Source of the DNA: the human T2T-CHM13v2.0 reference genome, Homo sapiens
NCBI RefSeq assembly: GCF_009914755.1
Contig: NC_060936.1
Reading direction: 5' to 3' (one strand)
Length of the DNA: 64,000 bases
This document shows positions 13,431 through 29,060 of this stretch, piece by piece. The position numbers were made by a program, and so were the translations under genes. The notes below the pieces were generated by a model that saw only the letters and a list, made by a program, of their open reading frames with translations, did not search any database and was not told where the DNA came from. Within the stretch, counting starts at the first letter, position 1. Each line of letters opens with the position of its first letter.

Positions 13431-14550
13431 GAAAATTTGTTCAGAGCAATGTTTTGGGACTAATGAGTACAACAATAGGAAGAGATGAAATTCTAAGGTC
13501 AGATAAGAGGGTGATAAGGACTTATAAAAAGAGATAGAAGAGAGGGTTGCTTCCAAGATGGCCGAATAGGAACAGCTCCAGTCTGCAGCTCCCAGCGATA
13601 TCAACACAGAAGACAAGTGATTTCTGCATTTCCAACTGAGGTACCTGGTTCATCTCATTGGGACTAGTTGGATAGTGGGTGCAGCCCATGGAGGGCAAGC
13701 TGAAGTAGGGTGGGGCATCGCCTCACCTGGGAAGTGCAAGGGGCTGGGGGATTTCCCTTTCCTAGCCAAGGGAAGCCATGACAGACTGTACCTGGAGAAA
13801 TGGTACACTCCTGAACAAATACTGCACTTTTCCCATGGTCTTAGCAACCGGCAGACCAGGAAATACCTTCCCATGCCTGGCTCAGCAGGTCCCATGCCCA
13901 CAGAGCCTTGCTCACTGCTAGCACAGCAGTCTGAGATCAACCTGTGATGCTGCAGCTTGACTGGGGGAGGGGCATCTGCCATTGCTGAGGCTTGAGTAGC
14001 TCACAGTGTAAATAAAGCAGCTGGGAACCTCGAACTGGGAGGAGCCCACCACAGCTCAGCAAGGCCTACTGCCTCTCTAGATTATACCTCTGGGGGCAGG
14101 GCATAGCAGAACAAAAGGTAGCAGACAGCTTCTGCAGACCTAAACGTCCTGTCTGACAGCTCTGAAGAGAGCTGTGGTTCTCTCTGCACAGCGTTCAAGC
14201 TCTGAGAATGGACAGACTGCCTCCTCAAGTAGATCCCTGACCCCTGTGTAGCCTGACTGGGAGACACCTCCCAATAGGGGCCAACAGACACCTCAAACAG
14301 GCAGGTTCCCCTCTGGGACAATGGCAATAGTTGCCATTCTGCAGCCTCTGCTGGTGATACCCAGGCAAACAGAGTCTGGAGTGAACCTCCAGCAAACTCC
14401 AACAGACCTGCAGCTGAGGGTCCTGACTGTTAGAAGGAAAACTAACAAACAGAAAGGAATAGCATCAACATCAACAAAAAGGACGTCCACAACAACACCC
14501 CATCTATAGGTAACCAATATCAAAGACCAAAGGTAAATAAAACCACAAAG

Positions 14551-15575
14551 ATGGGGAGAAACCAGAGCACAAAAGCTGAAAATTCCAGAAACAGAGCTCC
14601 TCTTCTCCTCCAAAGGATTGCAGCTCCTCACCAGCAAGGGAACAAAACTAAATGGAGAATGAGTTTGACAAGTTGACAGAAGTAGGCTTCAGAAGGGCAG
14701 TAATAACAAACTTTTCTGAGCTAAAGGAGCATGTCCTAACCAATTGCAAGGATGCTAAAAATCTTGAAAAAAGGAAAGATGAATGGCTAAATAGAATAAA
14801 CAGTGTAGAGAAGACCTTAAATGACCTGGTGGAGCTGAAAACCACAGCATGAGGATTTCGTGACACCTGCACAAGCTTCAATAGCCAATTCGATCAAGTG
14901 GAAGGAAGGATATCAGTGATTGAAGAACAAATTAATGAAATAAAGCAAGAAGACAAGATTAAAGAAAGAAGAATAAAAAGGAATGAACAAAGCCTCCAAG
15001 AAATATGGGACTATGTGAAAAGACCAAATATACATTTGACTGATGTACCAGAAAGTGGTGGGGAGAATGGAACCAAGTAAGAAAACACTCTTCAGTATAT
15101 TATCCAGGAAAACTTCCCAAACCTAGCAAGGCAGGCCAAAATTCAAATTCAGGAAATACAGAGAACACCACAAACATACTCCTCAAGAAGAGCAACCCCA
15201 AGACACATAATTGTCAGATTCACCAAGGTTGAAACGAAGGAAAAAATGTTAAGGACAGCCAGAGAGAAAGGTCGGGTTATCCACAAAGGGAAGCCCATCA
15301 GACTAACAGCTGATCTCTTGGCAGAAACCCTACAAGCCAGAAGAGAGTGGGGGCCAATATTCAACATTCTTAAAGAAAAGAATTTTCAACCCAGAATTTC
15401 ATATACAGCTGACCTAAGCTTCATAAGTGAAGGAGAAATAAAATCCTTTACAGACAAGCAAATGCTGAGAGATTTTTTTACCACCAGGCCTGCCTTACAA
15501 GAGCTCCTGAAAGAAGCACTAAACATAGAAAGGAACAACTGGTACCAGCTACTGCAAAAACATGCCAAATTGTAA
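14551..15575 (+). pseudogene. L1 ORF1p remnant (coiled coil/RRM/CTD), disrupted
   Basis: Track fragments MENEFDKLTEVGFRR, RNEQSLQEIWDYVKRPN and KNFQPRISY...ALQELLKEAL in different frames. Confidence 0.9.
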
Positions 15576-15638
15576 AGACCACTGATGCTATGAAGAAACT
15601 GCATCAATTAATGGGCAAAATAACCAGCTAACATCAAT

Positions 15639-19453
<3,815 letters not shown>

Positions 19454-20234
19454 ACAATGAGAATACATGGACACAGGGCAGGGAACATCACACACTGGGG
19501 CCTGTTGGGGGGTGGGGGACTGGGGGAGGGATAGCATTAGGAGAAATATCTAATGTAAATGACGAGTTGATGGGTGCAGCAAACTGACATGCCACTTGTA
19601 TACCTATGTAACAAACCTGCACGTTGGGCACATGTACCCTAGAACTTAAAGTATATGTATATAAAAAAAGAGATAGAAAATATTTAGAGATGCCTCTGTT
19701 AGGAGATGAGTTATTGTTCTTTCCATTTAAGTATATTATAAGGTGTAATGCCTAATACATCAAAATTCAATCTTAATCCTTTTAGCGCTAAAATTTTCTA
19801 CACATTCTAAAATTAAAGAATTTGAGAGCTATAAAGGACCTTGGAAATCATTTTGGTTCAGTCCCATGTTTTAGAAATAAGAAAACTAATGACAATAATA
19901 ATACCATACCTAAAGAGAAAATTTTTTTAATCTTTTCTAATTTATTAATAGATCCATAAATAGATCTCCTGATTAAAACTTTAATCTTCTTTCTATTGTA
20001 TCACACCATCACCTTGTTTGTCAATTTATTTGGGAGTATGCTTTTGTTGACAACTCTTTTTGTGTATTCTATTTATATGGGAATATTATTTTGTAGTTGG
20101 AGTGGTCTATTATAAGATAATTAAGACAAAGTAGCTGTAATATTAGTTTATTATTGTTTATTATAATTTTATTGGTAAACCCATGTTTACCAGTGAAATT
20201 ACATATGTTATAATGCTCTGTGTACCATAACATT

Positions 20235-20425
20235 CAGCAGAAGCTCTTTAGTTTAATTACATCCCATTTGTCAATTTTGGCTTTTGTTGCAATTGCTCAA
20301 TCTCACCACACATGACCATCACCTGGAGAGCTTCACAATACGGGTGCCTAGTCTCATATCTTGAGGTTCTGATTTAAATGTTCCAGGGTGTAGCCTAGGA
20401 ACTGGGATTGTTAAAAGCTGCTGCA
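20235..20425 (+). mobile_element. MER5-type DNA transposon fragment with a 61-bp antisense L1 ORF2 patch (20237-20297) at its left end
   Basis: 'atcacctggagagctt...gaggttctgattta...ccagggtgtagcctagg' resembles MER5A; patch is 'gcagaagctctttagtttaattacatcccatttgtcaattttggcttttgttgcaattgct'. Confidence 0.6.
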
Positions 20426-20581
20426 AAGAAGAATAAACTTTTTTTTCCTTTTTAGCCTTTATTCTTATGTAATATAAACATTTGTATTATTCTTGAACAG
20501 AAACATTTAATTAAATGCTATAAATTTTCCTTTATATCACTTTAGCTGCACCCCACAGTTATATGTGATATGTTCATTTAA

Positions 20582-21915
20582 TTTTTTCTTTTCTTTAACA
20601 AAGCAATATTTATTAATAACAAAAGTATTTTCTTACTTTTTATTTGATTTATAACTGTCATAAATATAGGTCTGGACAAAGCAAAATTGCCTTTGAATTT
20701 CCAATGTCTCTTTTTGCTAAATAGTACATATTAAACAAAACATAATATGTATACAATATAAAAAATAGAAATGTCACTTATAAAGTTTATATAAAATAAT
20801 ATTTACAAAGCACTATTCTGAGAACTAAGTTTCATCAAGCTTTTATTTTGAAATTGGATTCTCAAGTGTCTTCAGTTCTTAAGATGATAATGAATGAGAT
20901 TAAAATTTCTTTTGAAGACAGACCATTTTTTTTAAGTCCAAAATTTCTGGAAGTCCAACAGTTGGTTCATTTGAAATTTGAATTAGCCTTGAAGAAACTC
21001 AGATTTGTTTTTGAAAGGTGACGTTGAACAAAAATACTCCAGCCTATGGAGGAGGGTTCTTAAGTGCTTTTTAGAAGCACGGACAAGAATGAACCTCATA
21101 TTGGAGTGGGAGGTAGAGAACAGACACAGTCTGAATAGAAGAAAAGGGTTCTATTTTCAGACCCCTGGAGAATGACAGAAGGGAGCCCCAGCCATGGCAG
21201 TGCTTGGAAAATCTTGCAATGTGATGGTTCCTACATCATCTTCTGGTAAATGAATCATTCTTACTATTTCAGTCATCATCCCCTCTAGTCTTAAGGGTTT
21301 AGATCTCTCCTTATTTACTTCTTTTACAGAAGAAATTACTTCCTCCTTCAGGACTGAGTTGGTCTCTTCAACTTTATGTATGCGTCCACAAGACTTTGTA
21401 TCTTTTACGATTCCTTTTCTAGGCTGGTATCTTCTAAAAATTACTCAATATCTAAATATTCCTTTTGATCAGAACTAAGTATGCCAAGAAATGGATGCTT
21501 CATCAGAACTGGTGCAGCCAGTATTTGCAGAACCTGCATTTTCTTTCCCAAAAGTCAGCTTCTAGCCTAATGCATAAATCTGAACAAATATGAGAGACCC
21601 ACCAAAAAGCCAATAACAGATATACACACCACTGACTTCCACTGGAGACTACTGTAGTCAATGCCTAGCCTCATGTCATCTGGAAGCAGCTCTGCTACCA
21701 CTTTTTGTGACTTCCCCAGGATCAGCTGAAAGCCAGGCTCCATAGTGGTTCACAATGCCTGCATGGCACTGAAGCCCCCAACAGAATTCCAGTGGGTAAC
21801 CATAGCTCCCATAGCCTACAACAAACTGCTCAGAATCCCACCGTGTTCTGCCTGGAACCCACCCACCCATGTCTGGCAAACTAAATCAATAACAAACGAG
21901 CCAGTCCAAGTGGAG
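20582..21915 (-). pseudogene. processed pseudogene of cTAGE5/MIA2 (CTAGE family), diverged and internally deleted
   Basis: Minus translation from ATG 21743: MEPGFQLILGKSQKVVAELLPDDMRLGIDYSSLQWKSVVCISVIGFLVGLSYLFRFMH*ARS*...QKEYLDIE*FLEDTSLEKES*KIQSLVDAYIKLK/TNSVLKEEVISSVKEVNKERSK...MTEIVRMIHLPED. This aligns to the recalled CTAGE N-terminus (MEEPG...VVAALPESMRPD...LVVCAAVIGFFVVLLFLWRSFRSVRSRL...QKEYEGYEVESSLEDASFEK...KLNRSNSELEDEI). C-terminal remnants PTPI*GSFLSV and SEF/SRLIQISNEPTVGLPE match APIRGPLFPV and SEFPSGLIPPSNEPATEHPE. Intronless; AATAAA at 20614-20609; poly(A) remnant 20596-20582. Confidence 0.85.
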
Positions 21916-22154
21916 GATAGGTACAAATTTTTTTTTTAACTGTGCTTTTTGCCATAGTGGCCTCTCTTTTCTCTTCTTTTTAATTTTCCCTTCTTTTTAA
22001 TTTTTTCAATTATGAAATGTTTTTATCAAAATCCAATAAACACACCATAAAATTCACAGATTTTTAAGTGTACAATTTGATGACTTTTGACAGGTTACAC
22101 CTGTGAAACCAACAACCTAATCCAGATTAGACCATGTTTACCACTTTAGAAATT

Positions 22155-22215
22155 TCCCTTGTGCCTCCTTCCCCTCCCTTGTGCCTCCTTCCCCTCCCTT
22201 GTGCCTCAATTCCCC
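22155..22215. repeat. 20-bp tandem repeat, about 3 copies (tcccttgtgcctccttcccc)
   Basis: Read directly from the sequence. Confidence 0.9.
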
Positions 22216-22422
22216 ACCACCATCTTGATTGCTATCACATGTTAATTTTGACTATTCTTAAATTCCCTATAACTTGAATCACACATAAGGTAATCTTCTT
22301 GAAATACAATAAAATACAATGTTGAATTTCATCCATGTTGTAAGTGGAACACAGTTCACTCTATTTTTAATTTTCTATTGTGCATCGTATAAATATTCCA
22401 TGATTTCTTTATCCATTCTCCT

Positions 22423-22800
22423 TGTTTTAGTTTGTTCTTGCATTTCTATAAAGAACTACCTGAGACTGGGTAATTTATAAAGAAAAGAGTTTTAACGGGC
22501 TCAGGGTTCTGCAAGGTATATAGGAAGCATGATGGCTTCAGGAAGCTTGCAATCATGGTGGAAGGCAAAGAGGAAGAAGGCATGTCTCATATGGCCAGAA
22601 CAGGAGGGAGAGAGAGCAGGGGGAGGTGCTACATACTTTTAAACAACCAGATCTCATGAGAACTCATTCACTATCACAAGAACAGCAAGGGAGAAATCTG
22701 CCCCCTGATCCAATTACCTCCCACCAGGCCCCTGCTCCAATACTGGGGAATCACAATTTGACATGAGAGTTGGGTGGGGACACAAATCCAAACCATGTCA
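22423..22800 (-). mobile_element. MSTA-type MaLR solo LTR
   Basis: tg...ca termini, 'cctgagactgggtaatttataaagaaaagag...ccaattacctcccaccaggccc...ggggacacaaatccaaaccatgtca'; 5-bp TSD ctcct (22418-22422 / 22801-22805). Confidence 0.92.
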
Positions 22801-23480
22801 CTCCTATTGAACAAATCCAAACCATATCACTCCTATTAATGGAAATGTAATTTTTCATTTGTCTTAGGTAAATAACTAGGTATGGGGATGTTTGTGTAAG
22901 AAACTGTCAAACAGTTTTTCAGGGGGATTGCACTAGTTTACCTTCCTATGCATGAGGTATAAGGGTTATATTTGTTTCGTATTCTTACCAATATTTTTTT
23001 CAGTCTCTTTTAAAATGTTAATCACTTCCAATACAAGTGAATTTGTTCTATTGTTTTAATTGGTCCTTTCATGTGCCTATTGGCCATTGTACAAATTCTT
23101 GTATAGAAGATGTCTTTGCTTTATTTTTTAAAAAACATTTGAGGTATTTGTCTTATTCTCATTGACTTATAGAACATACATCCTAGTCATAAAAGTCAGA
23201 TATATGAAATGAAAATACTTGATTCCAATCTGTGACTTGCAGTTTTGTTTTCTGAATACTGTCTTTTGATATGCAGGTTTTAACATTGATAAAGTCCAAT
23301 TTAATACTTTTTCTCTTTTATAGTTAGTGCTTCTTGTGTCCTTTATAAAACATTCTTGTCTAACCCCAAGGTCATGAAGCTATTCTCCTGCCTTTTCTTC
23401 CAGATGTTTTATAATTTTAACTTTTACATTTGCATCTTGACATATTTTGCAATATTTTGCAATAATTTTGTGCAATGTGA

Positions 23481-23809
<329 letters not shown>

Positions 23810-23814
23810 TGACA

Positions 23815-24560
23815 CTTTTTTCTGTTGGTTATGGATCACTTTTACCTACTTGCTTGCATATCCAGTAATTTTTCCTAATAAGCTGGATGTTGTGGATAAT
23901 ACATTATAGTGAGTCTGGATTGGCTGTCTTCCTTCAATTGGTGGTATGTGTTGTTGTGGCAGGCAGCTCATGAATCAATTCTTTTGATCAGACTTTGATT
24001 TATTTATTTATTTTTGTTAGTGTGAATGTATTTCACTTTTGTCTTTAGTCCAAGGGGATAGCCCTTACTTCTAATTTTTGGACTTTCTTAGATCTCAGTA
24101 GACTGTCAGAGGTGCTCTGCCTGCTCTCAACACACTGGCTAAGTCAGCACACCTGTGTTCCCAGCACTGGGCTCTCTCTGGTGTCTCCTTTCAGCTCTCA
24201 GATCTGCAAAGGCCACCTTCTGTTAGGCCTCATAGAGTTTAGCCCTGTGCACATCAGCCCTACTCTTGGGCAAAGACCTGCAGGAAACTTCCAGGTAGAT
24301 TTTTGTCCCCTTCTCCTAGCCAACCCTGTAGATTCTCCTTTCCTGTACTCTGCCTTGCAAATTCCAGCAGCTTCAGCAGCCCATCTCTGGCTCCTCAGTT
24401 CAGGGAGACCACAGTGCTCTACTTGGCTCCACTTCCACCTTCCTAGTCCTGGAGAGTGTCCTACCTAAGAGCCAGAGCTCAGCTCATGCACTTCCACTCT
24501 CCCAAGGATCTCAGTCCTGGGCTAGGACTGAGAAGTCACATCATATGTTTGGCCTAGTTT
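23815..24560 (-). mobile_element. old L1M 5'-region fragments
   Basis: 'ctggatgttgtggataatacattatagtgagtctggatt...gttgtggcaggcag' resembles antisense L1MC/ME 5' sequence; highly degenerate. Confidence 0.5.
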
Positions 24561-24571
24561 TATGTTTTTGA

Positions 24572-25364
24572 ATTATGGGTTGAATTAGGTGTACTCCCAA
24601 AATACATATGTTGAAGCCCTAACTCCCAGTATCTTGGAATGTGACATTATTCAGAAATTGGGTTGTTACAGTTGTAGTTAAAATGAGGTCATACTAATGT
24701 ACATTGGACCCTTTATTCAATGTGTTGAGTGTCCTTACAAAAAGGGGAAATTTGGAGACAAACACACACAGGGAGAATGCCATGTGAAGACGAAGGCAGA
24801 AAGGTGCAAAACAATGAACACTAAATATTGCTGGCAAATCAGCAGATGCTTGGCAAGAGGCCTGGAGCAGATTCTTTTCTCACAGCCTTCAGAAAAAACA
24901 ATTCTGACAACAATTTTATTTAGGACTTCTGGCCTCCACATGGGAGTCAATAATTTCTGTTGTTTAAGCCACTCAGTTTGTGGTACAATAGTCCTTCTTT
25001 ATCTACTGGGGGTATGTTTCAACACCCTCAGTGGATGCCTGAAGCAGCAGATAGTACCAAACCCTATATATACTATGTTATTTCCTATACATACATACCT
25101 ATGATCAAGTTTAATTTATAAATTAGGCACAGAAAGAGATTAACAACAATGAGATAGAAAAATTGTAATAATATACTGCAATAAAAATTATATGACTGTG
25201 GTCTCTCTCTAAATATCTTTTTGTACTATACTCACCCTTCTCGTGATGATGTGAGATAATAAAATTCAGACTGCAGTTGACAGCAGGTGACTGAAACTGT
25301 GGAAAGCAAAACCTCAGATACAGTGGTCTACTGCACTTTGTTACACAGCCCTAAGAAACTAATA
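24572..25364 (+). mobile_element. MLT1B/C MaLR LTR interrupted by MER44
   Basis: 'ttatgggttgaatt...catatgttgaagccctaactcccag...aatttctgttgtttaagccactcagtttgtggta|ctttgttacacagccctaagaaactaata'. Confidence 0.85.
24986..25333 (-). mobile_element. MER44 (Tigger7-derived TcMar MITE)
   Basis: TIR-like ends caatagtcc...ggtctactg, inserted at TA; internal 'aatttataaattaggcacag..agagattaacaacaat'. Confidence 0.85.
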
Positions 25365-25529
25365 GATTGTGGTAGGAGAGTAGCTGGGCACCAGTAACCC
25401 TGCCCTCAATGTGAATTTCTTGACTCTGCTCCAGGCCTCTTCCCCTGGGGCACCCTGGGCCTGGGCGGTGTCCTGCACTCAAGACTTCAGTTTCAGCTCT
25501 GTCTTCAGGTACTAGAGCTCTTGCTACAG

Positions 25530-25690
25530 CTGCTGGCAGTTCTGGGAGAACCCTGGGAAGACTTTAAAATACAGCAGGACTTCATTTCCAGAGATTCTAC
25601 CTTAATCTATCTGGTGTGGGCCTGAGAATCAATTGCTTGTCAGTGCTTCCCAGGTGATTCTGATGTGCAGTCAATAGTGAGGAAATCCTG
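25530..25690 (+). mobile_element. MER5-type hAT fragment
   Basis: 'cagagattct...ggtgtgggcctgagaatc...cccaggtgattctgatgtgcag'. Confidence 0.7.
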
Positions 25691-25731
25691 CTCTGAGCCT
25701 TAGAGTACAAGTCAGCTGCCTAATTTCCTGC

Positions 25732-26298
25732 TGTGAAGACTGATTTTGGGTTAAGGCATCCCCAGATAGCTGGGCAAACATCACTTCTGGCTGTGTCTGT
25801 GAAGCTGTTTCCAGAAGAGATTAACATTGGAGTCAGTAGACCAGGGAAAGAAGATCTGCCCTCACCAATGTCAGTGGGCATCATCCAGTCCCTTGAGGGC
25901 CTGGATAGAACAAAAAAACAGATGAAGGGTAAATTCTTGCTTTCTGTCTTTGAGCTGGTACATCCATCTTCTCCTCTCCTAAGATATCAGAGCTCCTGGT
26001 TCTCTGACTTTGGGACTCTGGGACTTATACCAGCACCCCCACCCCCTAATCCCTTCTCAGGCCTTCAGCTTCTGACTGGGAGTTACAGCATTGGCTCCTC
26101 TGGTTCTCAGGCCTTTGGGCTCAGATTGAATTATGCCACTGGCTTTTCTGGTTCTCCAGCTTGCAGATGGCATATTGTGGGCTTTCTCAGCCTCTATAAT
26201 CATGTGGTCCAATTCCCATAATAAAGATCCTCTCATATATGTCTATGAATATACACATCCTATTGGTTCTGTTTCTCTGAAGGACCTTGATTAATATG
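25732..26298 (+). mobile_element. MLT2B-type ERVL solo LTR
   Basis: 'cccagatagctggg..aacatcacttctggctgtgtctgtgaag..gtttccagaagagattaacatt...ccagcttgcagatggcatattgtggg...cctattggttctgtttctctg'. Confidence 0.88.
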
Positions 26299-26586
26299 CC
26301 AACCCATGAATCATTCAAACAAGCCAATCACATCCTTTCGACAGAACTAGGGTGCACCTCATCCTCTTTCTACTATAAAACTTGCCTCTAAGCCTTTGCT
26401 TGTTCTCTCTGCTCCTTGTTCTGCTCTGCCTGGTGTGTGTTGTCTCCTGGGCTGTGAGTATATGTGACTAATAAACTGCTGTCCCTCTCATCTGCCCAGT
26501 GTCAGGTGTCATGTTCGGCCACCCCCACAACCCTAGGATGGCAATGCCTGCCTCACCAATGGGGTGAAGAGAAGGCTAACAAAACA
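26299..26586 (+). mobile_element. ERVL LTR 3' part (MER54-like)
   Basis: TATA 'ctataaaa', 'gtgagtatatgtgactaataaactgctgtc', ending 'cctcaccaatggggtgaagagaagg..aaaaca'. Confidence 0.65.
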
Positions 26587-28489
26587 ATGGTAGCATTGGA
26601 AATGATGAGAAGTGAAGATAACGAGCAGGGATCAGATGTATTTTGGAAGTAAAGCTGACAGTAACAGATGGATTTGGATAGGACTTCTAGGTTTTTGGCC
26701 TGAAAGCTTCAATATATAGTGGAACTGCTAGCCAAAGTGGGTAAAGATAAGAACAAATTTGATGGGAAAAATTAAAAATAATTAAAAATTATTAACAATG
26801 TTTTTAATAATCAATATTTTGACATACTATGTTTGTGGTGATTAAGAGATATCCAAAGTATATTCAGCTGGAGTTATCAAATAAGCAGGTAGATATTTAA
26901 TTCCGAAGCTCAGGGGCTTACAGACCTTTCTCCCCTTAACAGGTCATGTTGCAATGTGGAACTGTGGACCAGAGAGAGATTAAGTGAGCTCATCAAGATC
27001 ATAGCTTAGAAATGACAGGTGTTTAGGCTATAAATCAGTGTTCAATCCAATAGAAACATGAACCCTAAAACAAAGGAAACATATTGTCTCATCTGTACCC
27101 TTTTCTACTGAGCTGCACATAAAGGTTTGAAAAGGTAACTTGGAGACTGAAGGAACTGGCAAGGATGGAGCTATATAATAGTGGCTCACTTTTCTTCTGC
27201 AAAGTGAGAAGTTGCTACAAAGAGATGGGCTAATTCACCCTAAATATAATAGACTTTAACATGCGCAAATTTAACCTTCATGGTTAGATTATTTATAAAT
27301 GCCCCTAGACTCTCATGATAGCTTGTAATTTTACTAAGATTACAAATTTGCATCAAGGTGTCATGAGGCTTCAATGTGGGAGTGAGTTTCTTCCATAGTG
27401 AATAAACCTAGGTGTCAGCCAAGTATCCACATCTCAAGCCAGTTTCATTGTTTTTGCTTGTTTTCTTGTACATGGGGACTTTTAGTAAATAATAAAATAG
27501 TTTGATTCTAAAATATATTACAAAAACAATAAAAACCTCCATGAAGGAAAGAAGTTCAAATGATTCAAACATAACTTCAGTATTATTGTATTTATATATT
27601 AGAGATTTGAAGAAATTGCTTAAATTCTTTAGTGATGCTTTATTGCATCTTATGGGGGATATTATTGGCTATCATGGTATCTGGGGAATGACAACATTCT
27701 AAAAGGTATTCCTGACAAACAGCAGGAGTCCATGTTATTGTTTCACTGAATACCAGAAAATCCTTTGATTCTAAACCAAAAAGGCATTGATTTATCATGA
27801 AAATAATTTCAGACATGCATTAAAATGGGAAGAGATGAAGGTAAATAGTGACTGCATTTGGTAGTACAGCTTTGAAACTGGTACACTTAGTTGTCACATG
27901 GCTGTCCAATATTGGCAGCGGTCTACTAAGTAGAACAGTTGTTACAGTTTCAATGGACATTCAACCAGTTTATGGGATTTACAGATCAATGTAGTTAATA
28001 ATCTGGACCAAGAGAACATGTTACTACAAAGAAAATTTTAGAAAAAGAATACAAATATAGCCTTTTTAGTTTAAAAAATATAAAATCCAACTGATCAAGA
28101 AAATTTTGAATTTGGGGAGACACACGTACAATAATGAAATATTGAAAGCAGACTCTCAGCAGGTGTGCAGGGATTCTTAATAGAGTGATAAAGTATAATA
28201 CAAATGGCATGCGTTGGCAGTAATTTAGTGTGGACTCATAAAGACAGTTACATAAACTACTATTCATAAAAGTTGTCCTAGAATGAAGGGGGTGGGCATG
28301 TTCACCCATGCTATTCCGCATCTAGAAGATCCTCTCAGTTGAACATTTAGACCTTGAATCTATGCACACAGTCTAGAGCTGAACTTTGATTCCCCTGGCA
28401 AATTAAGGATAATGGTGAGAAAGAAACAGCCAGGTGCTAAAAAGGGAGGTTAAAGCACTTATCTTGATTTTTTTAGTTCATGTGTGTGT

Positions 28490-29060
28490 GTTTAAATTTT
28501 CTTTCTGATTGAAAAGTAACACTTACTTGTTGCAAAAAAAAGAAATCAAAACAATCCAGAAATGCACAAAGTAGAAAATTAATCTTTCCCCCAAGTCCCA
28601 CTTCTCCAAACAAACCATTATTAACATTTGGTATACATTTTCAAAAACATCTTTCTCTGTAAAATATACGTGTGCATGTTTACATATGGATAAAAGGAGA
28701 AAGAAAAAGCTTTATATTTGCAAGAATGGGATCATACTGCACATACTATAGTGGAGCTTTTTGTTTTCACTTAATATGTCTTGAACACCATTCCATAGCC
28801 ATACATGGAAATCTACTTCATTTTTAAATGCTTTGAATACACAGAATAAGCATTCCTTAGATGGAATGTGTCATCATTTATTTAAATAACTCCAGATAAA
28901 TGAACATTTTGATTGTTTCCAATTTTTAGCAATCAGTATTGCAAGCAACGCTGCATAGTACACATATGATATACCAGTGCATGCTAGTGCAAGTATTTCC
29001 ACAGAAGTTCTTACAGGAGGAATTGCTGGGTCAATGAGTTCTTTTACATTTTGAATGCAA
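28490..29060 (-). mobile_element. old L1ME4-like 3' fragment
   Basis: 'aatgggatcatactgcacatacta', 'ttttcacttaatatgtcttg', 'gattgtttccaatttttagc', 'ggaattgctgggtcaa'. Confidence 0.7.

Noticed and set aside
21676-21939. Track ORFs 21676..21879(-) and 21745..21939(+) as the retrocopy product
   Set aside because: Neither is the CTAGE-homologous frame, which starts at ATG 21743 on the minus strand.
22155-22215. Short repeat arrays as CRISPR-like (also 6632-6662 and 33210-33240)
   Set aside because: Two or three adjacent copies without unique spacers in eukaryotic DNA; simple slippage duplications.
25733-26221. 162-aa ORF
   Set aside because: Lies entirely within an MLT2 LTR, starts at a non-ATG codon and shows no protein-family features.
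27800-27850. Possible micro-exon (ttcag|acatgc...gaag|gtaaat)
   Set aside because: Weak polypyrimidine tract and donor, no supporting reading frame or neighbouring exons; expected by chance.
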